Assembly (NCBI GenBank): GCA_038239115.1
Contig: JBBSFD010000015.1
Coordinates: 1,544 to 65,543 of the forward strand
DNA: 64,000 nucleotides
From: Candidatus Limnocylindrales bacterium
Lineage (GTDB): Bacteria; Chloroflexota; Limnocylindria; Limnocylindrales; CSP1-4
Direction of reading: 5' to 3'
Positions within the stretch are counted from its first letter, which is position 1; each line of letters opens with the position of its first letter. The notes below the pieces were generated by a model. The model ran no database searches. It saw only the letters and a list, made by a program, of their open reading frames with translations, and was not told the DNA's origin. Position numbers and translations under genes: made by a program. Positions 19,804-29,771 of this stretch are shown here, piece by piece.

Positions 19804-20774
19804 GCTCGGACCTGCCCGGCATGGTCAGCCTGTTCGGGCTCGATCCGGCGACCTACACGCCGCACCGCCTGCACGCCGGTGAACGCACCTACATCGAGAC
19901 CGATTGCTTCACCGACATCGTGATCGAGCTGCTCCATGCCCGCGGCGACGAACCCGTGGCCACGTTCGGCTCCTTCGTGCGGATGGGCTTCGAGAACGAT
20001 CAATGGACGTTCTTCAAGCCACTTGCGATCGATCTCGAGCTCCTGTTCGGGGTCGACATCCACGAGGTCCAGCCGTACCGCTCCATCCCGGCCCAGGTGG
20101 CCGAGGTGCTCGCCCTGGGCCGGACGATGACGATCGAGCTCGACGCCTGGTACCTGCCCGACACGGCCGCCACGAGCTACGGCCAGGCCCACGTCAAGAC
20201 CGGCGTCATTGCCGAGTCGATCGACCTGGCCGGGCAGCGCTTCCAGTACTTCCATAATGCCTCGATGTACGGGCTCGAGGGCGCGGACTTTCGGGGCGCC
20301 TTCCGGCTGGGCGACGACTGGTCGGGCGATGTCCTGCCGCCGTACACCGAGCTGATCCGCTTCGATGCAGGCCCGCGCCTGGCCGGCGAGGAGCTGCGGG
20401 CCGCCGCTCGGGGCATTCTTCGGGGCCATCTCGATCGAATGGTTCCAGGCAATCCATTCGACGGCTTCACGGCACGCCTGGTCGCGGACCTGCCCGCGCT
20501 CCTGGAAGGCGACGCGGCCCTCTACCACGCCTTTACGTTCGCCACGTTCCGCATGGCCGGCGCCGGCTTCGAGCTCCTGGCCTCGCACGTTGAATGGCTC
20601 CTGGGCGCCAACGGCGATCGTTCCGTCGCGGCCATGGCCCGGATCGTCGACGGCTGCAAGATGCTCGGCTTCAAGCTGGCTCGCCGCCGGATGTTCGATC
20701 CAACGGAGCCGATGAGCGGCCTGAGCCAGGCCTGGGCCGAGGCGATGGAATCGCTCGACGACGCACTAGGCTAG
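19800..20774 (+). CDS. DUF1839 family protein
   Basis: ETDCFTD, FENDQWTFFKP, ELDAWYLPDT..TSY..HVKT, YFHNA and LPPYTE motifs; usual position downstream of aa:CP ligases. Confidence 0.85.
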   Translation: MSSDLPGMVSLFGLDPATYTPHRLHAGERTYIETDCFTDIVIELLHARGDEPVATFGSFVRMGFENDQWTFFKPLAIDLELLFGVDIHEVQPYRSIPAQVAEVLALGRTMTIELDAWYLPDTAATSYGQAHVKTGVIAESIDLAGQRFQYFHNASMYGLEGADFRGAFRLGDDWSGDVLPPYTELIRFDAGPRLAGEELRAAARGILRGHLDRMVPGNPFDGFTARLVADLPALLEGDAALYHAFTFATFRMAGAGFELLASHVEWLLGANGDRSVAAMARIVDGCKMLGFKLARRRMFDPTEPMSGLSQAWAEAMESLDDALG

Positions 20775-20778
20775 GGCC

Positions 20779-23397
20779 ATGCGCCAGGCCCTCACTTTGG
20801 CCATGACCCCAGCTCGCGCCCGCGTCGGCAGCTACGACCTGCTTCCCCTTGATTCTGACTGGGAGGTCGCGTCTGCCCCACCCGATGCCGTGCTGGCGGC
20901 CGACCAGCTGAATAACCTCGACTGGATCCCGGCCCAGGTCCCGGGCACCGCAGCCGGCGCATTGCGCGAGGCCGGCCGCCCCGTGGCCGACCTTGACGCC
21001 CTGGATTGGTGGTTCCGGACGACCTTCGAGACTTCCCCGCCGGCGGCCGGCGAGGAGATCCGGCTGTGCCTCGCCGGCATCGCGACCACCGCCGAGGTCT
21101 TCCTCAACGGCGAGCCGATCGCCGCCAGCGAATCGATGTTCGCCAGCCAGGCCGTCGACGTGGGCGGGCAGCTTCGGGCGACGAACCAGCTCACGATCCG
21201 CTGCCGGGCGATCACGCCCCAACTGGCCGTGCAGCGCTCCCCGCGCGCTCGCTGGCGGACGCGTCTGGTCGCCGACAACAGCCTGCGCTGGTTCCGGGCG
21301 ATGCTCCTCGGCCGGGTTCCGGGCTTCTCGCCCGGGCCGCCGGCCGTCGGCCCGTGGCGGCCGATCTGGCTCGAGCGGCGAGCGGTCCTGGCCGTCGATG
21401 CCCTCGAGCTGCGAACCCGCCTCGACGGCGAGGACGGCATCCTGACCGTCCACGCCCGCCTGCGGGGCCTGGACGGGCCGGTTCGCGGACCGATCGTGCT
21501 CCAGCTCGATGGCCCATCCGGGCAGCATCTGGTCGCCCTTGAAGCGCGGGCCGAGGGCCTCGACACCACGGCCGATGGCCAGCTCCGCATCCCGGGCGTC
21601 GCCCGCTGGTGGCCGCACACCCACGGCCAGCCCACGCTCCACGACGTTCGCCTCCAGGTCGGCCCCGATGGCGCCGGGTCGCAGATCGAGGCGGGCCGGG
21701 TTGGCTTCCGCGACCTGGCGCCGGGTTCCACGGCCGACCACGACATCGAGCGTGACGGGCTGTTCGTCCACGTCAACGGTATCCCCGTCTTCGCTCGAGG
21801 CGCGTTGTGGACGCCCCTCGACATCGCCGGCCTGGCTCCATCGGAGGCTGACCTCCGACAGGCGATCGAGACGGTCCGCGCCGCCGGCATGAACATGCTT
21901 CGCCTGCCCGGCTTCGGCGCCTACGAACAGAAGGCGTTCCACGACCTGTGCGACGAGCTCGGGGTCATGGTCTGGCAGGACCTGATGTACATGAGCATGG
22001 ATTACCCGTTCGCCGACGAGGGTTTTGGTCAACTCGCGCGGGCCGAGGTTGGCCAGCTCCTGTCCGAGCTCGGCGGCCGGCCCAGCCTGGTCGTCATCTG
22101 CGGCAACAGCGAGGTCGAGCAGCAGGTTGCCATGCTCGGCCTCGATCTCGCCCTGGCCCGCATCCCGTTCTTCGATCGCGTGGTGCCGGACATGATCGAG
22201 GCCGCGAGCGTCGACGCGGTCTACGTGCCGTCCGCGCCGTTCGGGGGCGACCTGCCGATGCGTCCGGACCGGGGCGTGACCGGTTACTACGGCGTCGGCG
22301 GCTATCGGGCTCCACTGTCCGATGCCCGGACGAGCGGCGTCCTGTTTGCGGCAGAATGCCTGGCCTTTGCCAATGTGCCCGATGACGAGGCGCTGGCGAG
22401 CCTCGTCCCGGAGCCCCCGTACGAGCCGTTCGTTCACAACCCGCGCTGGAAGGCCGGCGTCGCCCGCGACGCCGGGGCGGGTTGGGACTTCGATGACCTG
22501 CGCGACTACTACTTCGAGCTGCTCTATCGGATCGACCCGCAGATCCTGCGGCGGGGCAATCCGGACCGCTACCTGGAGCTTTCCCGGGCGGTCACCGGCG
22601 AGGTAATGGAGCTGGTCTATGGCGAATGGCGCCGGGCCGGCTCGCCATCGGGCGGCGGGCTGATCCTGTGGTTGCGTGACGTGGACCCGGGCGCCGGCTG
22701 GGGCGTGGTCGACAATCTCGGCCGGCCGAAGGCCGCCTATCACCACCTGCGCCGAATCCTGGCCCCGACCGCGGTATGGCTCGTCGATGAGGGGATCGGC
22801 GGGGTCATCGCCCATGTCGCCAACGATGGCCCGAACCCGCTGACGGCCCGCCTGCGGATCGGCCTGTACAGCGACCTGGAGCTGCCGGTTGGCGTGGCCG
22901 AAGAGGAGGTCAACGTGCCGGCCCACGGCACGATCCAGCGGGACGTCGAGTCGGTCATTGGCCACTTCGTCGACGCTGCCTGGGCCTATCGCTTCGGACC
23001 GCCGGCCCAGGATGCGATCGTGGCCAGCCTCGAGGGCAGTCACGAGGGCACGGGTGACTCCGGGTCAGCCGGGCTGCTGTCGCAGGCCTTCCACTTCCCT
23101 GCCGGGCGCCCCCTGAATCCCGAGCCGGCGCAGCGCCTGGGGCTGGCGGGCGTGGCCGGCCAGGACGCGGATGGGAGCGTGACCATGGCGATCACGAGCA
23201 GGCGCCTGGCCTACGGCGTCCGGATCCATGTGGCCGGCTATGCCCCGAGCGACGACGCCTTCTCGATCGAGCCCGGCACGACCCGCACGATCCGGCTGTT
23301 TCCGACCGACCCTGGCCAATCGTTCTCGGGTGGCTGGTTGACGGCGCTCAACCTGGTCGGACGCGTCGTCATTCGCCCGCTGGAGCCGGTTTCGTGA
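20779..23397 (+). CDS. Glycoside hydrolase family 2 (beta-mannosidase-like)
   Basis: PAQVPGT, WWPHTHGQPTL, FARGALW, GMNMLR, CDELGVMVWQD and CGNSE (acid/base); FAAEC (nucleophile region). Confidence 0.88.
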   Translation: MRQALTLAMTPARARVGSYDLLPLDSDWEVASAPPDAVLAADQLNNLDWIPAQVPGTAAGALREAGRPVADLDALDWWFRTTFETSPPAAGEEIRLCLAGIATTAEVFLNGEPIAASESMFASQAVDVGGQLRATNQLTIRCRAITPQLAVQRSPRARWRTRLVADNSLRWFRAMLLGRVPGFSPGPPAVGPWRPIWLERRAVLAVDALELRTRLDGEDGILTVHARLRGLDGPVRGPIVLQLDGPSGQHLVALEARAEGLDTTADGQLRIPGVARWWPHTHGQPTLHDVRLQVGPDGAGSQIEAGRVGFRDLAPGSTADHDIERDGLFVHVNGIPVFARGALWTPLDIAGLAPSEADLRQAIETVRAAGMNMLRLPGFGAYEQKAFHDLCDELGVMVWQDLMYMSMDYPFADEGFGQLARAEVGQLLSELGGRPSLVVICGNSEVEQQVAMLGLDLALARIPFFDRVVPDMIEAASVDAVYVPSAPFGGDLPMRPDRGVTGYYGVGGYRAPLSDARTSGVLFAAECLAFANVPDDEALASLVPEPPYEPFVHNPRWKAGVARDAGAGWDFDDLRDYYFELLYRIDPQILRRGNPDRYLELSRAVTGEVMELVYGEWRRAGSPSGGGLILWLRDVDPGAGWGVVDNLGRPKAAYHHLRRILAPTAVWLVDEGIGGVIAHVANDGPNPLTARLRIGLYSDLELPVGVAEEEVNVPAHGTIQRDVESVIGHFVDAAWAYRFGPPAQDAIVASLEGSHEGTGDSGSAGLLSQAFHFPAGRPLNPEPAQRLGLAGVAGQDADGSVTMAITSRRLAYGVRIHVAGYAPSDDAFSIEPGTTRTIRLFPTDPGQSFSGGWLTALNLVGRVVIRPLEPVS

Positions 23398-25172
23398 TCG
23401 GCGCTCCGCCCCTGGCTCGCCCGGTCTACCTCGAGAACGGCAATGGGCCGGTCTTCGGGATGTTCCATGCCGCGGCCGGTGGCAGCCAGTCGTCCACCGC
23501 CGTGCTGATGTGCGGGCCATGGGGCTGGGACGAGGTCGCCTCGTATCGGAGCCGGCGGGCTTGGGCGGACTTCCTGTCGGAGCGCGGGCACCCCGTGCTC
23601 CGGATCGACCTGCCCGGCACGGGTGACAGCGGCGGCTCGCCGCACGAGCCGGACCTCGTCGGGAGCTGGACCCGGGCGATCGCCGCGGCCGCGAGCTGGC
23701 TGGCCGCGCAACCCGGTGTCGCGAGGGTCGCCGTGATCGGCCTCGGCCTGGGCGGCTTGCTGGCGGCCGCTTCGATCGGGGACGGCGTCCCGATCCATGA
23801 CCTGGTCCTGTGGGCGGCACCGAGCACCGGCCGGGCGTTCAGCCGCGAACAGCGGGCGTTCGCGGCCCTCCAAGGCACCCGGCTCGATGCGGCCGAACAT
23901 GCAGGGCCGGGCCCGGAGCCGGCCGGACTCGAGGTCGGCGGATTCCTCCTGTCAACGGATACCGCGGCCGCCCTTGGCCGGCTCGAGCTCGGCGCCATGG
24001 CCCGCGGCCGGCTCGACCGGGTCCTGCTCCTCGATCGGGATGGCATGGCCGTCGATGGCCCCGTCCGGGCACACCTGGAACACCTCGGCGTCGACCTGAC
24101 CGTCGCCTCGGGACGTGGCTGGACCGACATGGTCTTCCATCCCGAGCAGTACGCTCCGCCGCTCGACGTCTTCGCCGAGGTCGAAGACTGGTTGGCCCTG
24201 GCCCCGGTCGGCCTGACCAGGGAGGCAGCCGTCAACCTCATCGAGGCCGCGGATCACGCCGAGTTGCCCGATGGCCGGGCACGGATCCGCGAGACTCCGG
24301 TCCGGATCGATCAGCCGTTCGGCCAGATCTTCGGGGTCCTGGCGGAGCCGGTCGACCTCGCCCGATCAACGGCCTGCGCCATCTTCCTGAACGCCGGCGC
24401 CGTTCGCCGCACCGGGCCGAATCGGCTGTGGGTCGAGGCATCCCGGCGTTGGGCAGCGGCCGGCATGCCCGTCATCCGGATGGACCTCGAAGGGATCGGC
24501 GAGGCCGATGGGGATCCAGCCCGCTACCGGGACGTCGGCAATTTCTATACTGCGGAGTTCGGAGCCCAGGTGCCGGCGATCCTCGACGTCCTCGAAGCCC
24601 GCGGCCTGGGCCCACGCTTCGTCCTGGTCGGCCTTTGTGCCGGAGCCTATTGGGCGTTCAACACCGGCGCCCAGGATCGGCGGGTCGTCGAGGCGATCAT
24701 CGTCAATCCGCGGGCCATGGTCTGGGACCTGGAGCTGCTGACTCGGCGCGAGGCACGCAAGGTGAAGCGCCTGCGCCAGCCGGACCTGTGGCGCCGCCTC
24801 CTGCGAGGCGACGTCACGGGCGCGCGCATCCTGGAGGTATCAAGGGCGCTGGCGGCCACGGCCGCCCGCACGGTGGTGCGCGCCCCGGCTCGACTCCACA
24901 AGGGCCGCTCCAGCCCGGTCGAGGACCCCGCCATCACCCGACTGGACAGCCTGCGGGACCATGGGACCCGGGTCGTCCTGGCCTTCTCGGGCCTCGAGCC
25001 CGTCTACGACGAGCTCGCCGCGGACGGGATCCTGGATCAGCTGGGTCGTTGGCCGAACGTCGTCCTGGAGGAGCTGCCGGGGTCGGATCACACGTTGCGG
25101 CCCCTGGTCGCCCAGCGGGCCTTGCACGCGCTGCTCGAGCGCGAGCTCGACGCGCTCGTCGCTGCCGGCTAG
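23394..25172 (+). CDS. Tandem (two-domain) alpha/beta hydrolase
   Basis: Domain 1 has LRIDLPGTGDS and GLGLGG. Domain 2 has RMDLEGIGEA, GLCAGA and a C-terminal DH. Confidence 0.8.
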   Translation: MIGAPPLARPVYLENGNGPVFGMFHAAAGGSQSSTAVLMCGPWGWDEVASYRSRRAWADFLSERGHPVLRIDLPGTGDSGGSPHEPDLVGSWTRAIAAAASWLAAQPGVARVAVIGLGLGGLLAAASIGDGVPIHDLVLWAAPSTGRAFSREQRAFAALQGTRLDAAEHAGPGPEPAGLEVGGFLLSTDTAAALGRLELGAMARGRLDRVLLLDRDGMAVDGPVRAHLEHLGVDLTVASGRGWTDMVFHPEQYAPPLDVFAEVEDWLALAPVGLTREAAVNLIEAADHAELPDGRARIRETPVRIDQPFGQIFGVLAEPVDLARSTACAIFLNAGAVRRTGPNRLWVEASRRWAAAGMPVIRMDLEGIGEADGDPARYRDVGNFYTAEFGAQVPAILDVLEARGLGPRFVLVGLCAGAYWAFNTGAQDRRVVEAIIVNPRAMVWDLELLTRREARKVKRLRQPDLWRRLLRGDVTGARILEVSRALAATAARTVVRAPARLHKGRSSPVEDPAITRLDSLRDHGTRVVLAFSGLEPVYDELAADGILDQLGRWPNVVLEELPGSDHTLRPLVAQRALHALLERELDALVAAG

Positions 25173-25873
25173 GACGGATCATCGGGCCGAGCGTCGAGCC
25201 GGGCCGACAGCCAGGCCTGGACCGCGGCCAGGCTCTCGTCCGTGGTCGTATGGCCTATGGCGAACTCGGCGTAGTCAACGCTCAGCCCGAGCCTGCGCAG
25301 CATGGTCGCCGAACTCCGACCGGCCGCGACCCCAATCTCGCTGTCGGCCGTGCCATGGACGATCAGGACCGGCTTTCCGGCTGGCTGGTCGTCCGGGGCC
25401 AGAGCCTGCATGACTTCCGGCACGATCTCCGGCGGAAGCCAGCCGCTCATGGAGACGGCGCCTGCGATCCGCTCTGGGGCGACCAGGATCAGGCCCAGGG
25501 CGATGATCCCGCCCTGGCTGAAACCCGCCACGAACACCCGTTCCGGGTCGGCCGCGTACGTCGCGACCGCCTCGTCAACGAAGGTGATCGCCCGCGTCGA
25601 CGCTGCCTCGACCTCGCTCGGGTCGACGGCCGGTCCGCTTGGCGTGCGGGCGATCGAGTACCAGCCGAAGGCGTACGGCCTGAGCTCGATCGGTGAGCGA
25701 GCACTGATGACGATGAAGCGTGGATCGAAGCCGGCCGCGAGGGCGGCCATGGCCAGCTCGTTGCCGCCGACGCCGTGGAGCAGGATCAGCAGCGGCGGCC
25801 GCCCGGACCCGACGGGAGCCAGGGCGGCTGGGCGAACCCGGTGGACGAGCGAGAGCGGGTGGCGGCTGCCCAT
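25169..25873 (-). CDS. Phospholipase/carboxylesterase (alpha/beta hydrolase)
   Basis: LLHGVGGNE, GFSQG, HGTAD and GH motifs. Likely leaderless start: TATGAT, 7 nt, then ATG at 25873. Confidence 0.9.
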   Translation of the reverse strand: MGSRHPLSLVHRVRPAALAPVGSGRPPLLILLHGVGGNELAMAALAAGFDPRFIVISARSPIELRPYAFGWYSIARTPSGPAVDPSEVEAASTRAITFVDEAVATYAADPERVFVAGFSQGGIIALGLILVAPERIAGAVSMSGWLPPEIVPEVMQALAPDDQPAGKPVLIVHGTADSEIGVAAGRSSATMLRRLGLSVDYAEFAIGHTTTDESLAAVQAWLSARLDARPDDPS

Positions 25874-26322
25874 CGAGGCGATCATATCGATCGCTTGCGA
25901 CGCGCAGGGATCGGCCGCTGACCGTGGGGGGTGGTGCCCTGCCTGGGACCCCGGTGCCGTGGTGCCCCGAGGCACCAGATCCGGGCTCGATTTTACCCAG
26001 AGGTACTAGTCCCCGGCATCCAGATGACCTATCGTTGGTGGTCCTGAAGGGTCGGCGTTTTCCGAGTCATCCTCGACCCTTCGGCAGACGCGATGTCAGG
26101 GCTTTCGGGTGTGGCGCGTCCCCGGAAGCAAGGTCAGTCGCGAGTCGTCCGGGAACATCTTCTACGCGTCACTGGTCGCAACGTCGTATGTCGTAGCGAT
26201 CTCTGTGCCCGGGGATTCTCTTGACTGGTCGTATCTCTCGCTTGCCGGTTCGCCTTGTCGATGCTGTCCATCGCACGCCGCGATCTGAGTCCGGGTCAGC
26301 GCCTGCGCTTCCCGATGGCGCC

Positions 26323-28308
<1,986 letters not shown>

Positions 28309-28374
28309 CGGTCCGCGCCGGCGGGTTGACCGCGAAACGATCGGCGCTGTGGCTCCATCCGCTAGGCTTCCGGT

Positions 28375-29697
28375 ATGACCAGCGATACCCGCGTGGCAGT
28401 CATCGGCCTCGGCTACACGGGCCTGCCGCTCGCGATCTCTTTCGTCGAGGCCGGCCACCAGGTTGAAGGGATCGATGCCTTTGCCGGCCGGGTGGCCGAG
28501 CTGAACGCCCGGACCTCGCCGATCGACGATGTCTCCGATGAGCGCCTGGGCGCGGCCCTCGATTCCGGGCTGCGGGTCGTTGTACCGACCGAGGCGACCC
28601 TGGCCGAGGCCGACGCGATCTTCGTGTGCGTTCCCACCCCGATCACGACTACCAAGGACCCGGACCTCGGACCCGTCCTGGCGGCGGCTGACTTCATTCG
28701 GGAGCACCTCCGGGCCGGCCAGCTGATCATTCTCCAGTCGACCACGTTCCCGGGGACCACGACCGGCTCGTTTCGCGAGGCGATCGAGCGTGGCGGCCTC
28801 GTCGCCGGCCGTGACTTCGACCTGGCCTATGCCCCCGAACGGGTGAATCCGGGCGACCCGGCCAGCGCCGCGCGGGGCGTGCCCCGGCTGGTCGGCGCGA
28901 CCACCACCGCTGCCACCCGGCGAGCGGCGGCGCTCCTGGCGAAGATCAACGACCGGGTGGTCGAGATGACCTCACCCGATGCGGCCGAGCTGGCCAAGCT
29001 CCTCGAGAACGTCTTTCGCAACATCAACATCGCATTCGTGAACCAGCTCGCCCTGCTGTGCGAGCGGATGGGCCTCGATGTCTGGGAAGTGATCGATGCC
29101 GCCGCAACCAAGCCCTTTGGCTTCATGCGCTTCACCCCAGGCCCAGGCGTGGGCGGCCACTGCATTCCGGTCGATCCCTATTACCTGTCGTGGCGCGCGC
29201 GCGAGTTCGATTTCATCGACCGCTTCATCGAGACCGCGGCGGACATCAATTTCGCGATGCCGCGGCACGTGGTCGACCTCGTGGCCGAGGCGCTCAATGA
29301 GCGCAGCCTGGCCCTGAAGGGGGCCAAGGTCGGGGTTCTCGGGGTGGCCTTCAAGGCCAATGTGCAGGACGCTCGAAACTCGCCGGCGGCCGACGTGATC
29401 GCCGGCCTGGCCGGTCGCGGCGGCGATGTCCGCTATCACGACCCGCACGTTGCCAGCTTTCGGGACGGCCAGGGCGAGGTGCGCCCGAGCACCGACCTCG
29501 AAGACCTCCTTGAGTGGGCCGACGTGGTCGTGGTCGTGACCGCCCATCGGGCGATCGACTGGGCGCGCGTCTACGAGCGAGCCAGCCTGGTCGTCGATAC
29601 GGTCGACAGCTCGAGAGGCCACCAGGTCCGGCCGCGCCAGGTCCTGCGCCTGGGCGCCGGCTGGGGCACGGCCGCTTCAGCCGCGATCGCGAGCTGA
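28375..29697 (+). CDS. Nucleotide-sugar (UDP-HexNAc) 6-dehydrogenase, WbpA/WecC family
   Basis: GLGYTGLP, CVPTP, PERVNPG, KLLEN.FR..NIA and GPGVGGHCIPVDP motifs. Confidence 0.95.
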   Translation: MTSDTRVAVIGLGYTGLPLAISFVEAGHQVEGIDAFAGRVAELNARTSPIDDVSDERLGAALDSGLRVVVPTEATLAEADAIFVCVPTPITTTKDPDLGPVLAAADFIREHLRAGQLIILQSTTFPGTTTGSFREAIERGGLVAGRDFDLAYAPERVNPGDPASAARGVPRLVGATTTAATRRAAALLAKINDRVVEMTSPDAAELAKLLENVFRNINIAFVNQLALLCERMGLDVWEVIDAAATKPFGFMRFTPGPGVGGHCIPVDPYYLSWRAREFDFIDRFIETAADINFAMPRHVVDLVAEALNERSLALKGAKVGVLGVAFKANVQDARNSPAADVIAGLAGRGGDVRYHDPHVASFRDGQGEVRPSTDLEDLLEWADVVVVVTAHRAIDWARVYERASLVVDTVDSSRGHQVRPRQVLRLGAGWGTAASAAIAS

Positions 29698-29729
29698 CCT
29701 CCGGACGTCACTGAATCTCCGCCCCGGCC

Positions 29730-29749
29730 CATGACCATGGCCGGTCATG
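29730..29749. promoter_or_regulatory. Perfect 7-6-7 inverted repeat CATGACC-N6-GGTCATG upstream of the muramidase
   Basis: Seen directly; about 17 nt upstream of a TATGGT hexamer. Confidence 0.35.
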
Positions 29750-29771
29750 ACTGGTCCGATGGGGTTATGGT

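Noticed and set aside
20671-23043. Long antisense ORFs (790 aa here; also 26518-28707, 30018-31826, 32468-34117, 39089-40939, 58005-59492)
   Set aside because: Expected stop-poor shadows of high-GC genes; no family motifs
23810-25696. 628-aa alternative-frame ORF
   Set aside because: Arg/Gly/Pro-rich off-frame translation overlapping two well-supported genes
29700-29771. Possible c-di-AMP (ydaO) riboswitch before the muramidase (contains CTGAATC)
   Set aside because: The gap is only about 70 nt and the other conserved elements are absent
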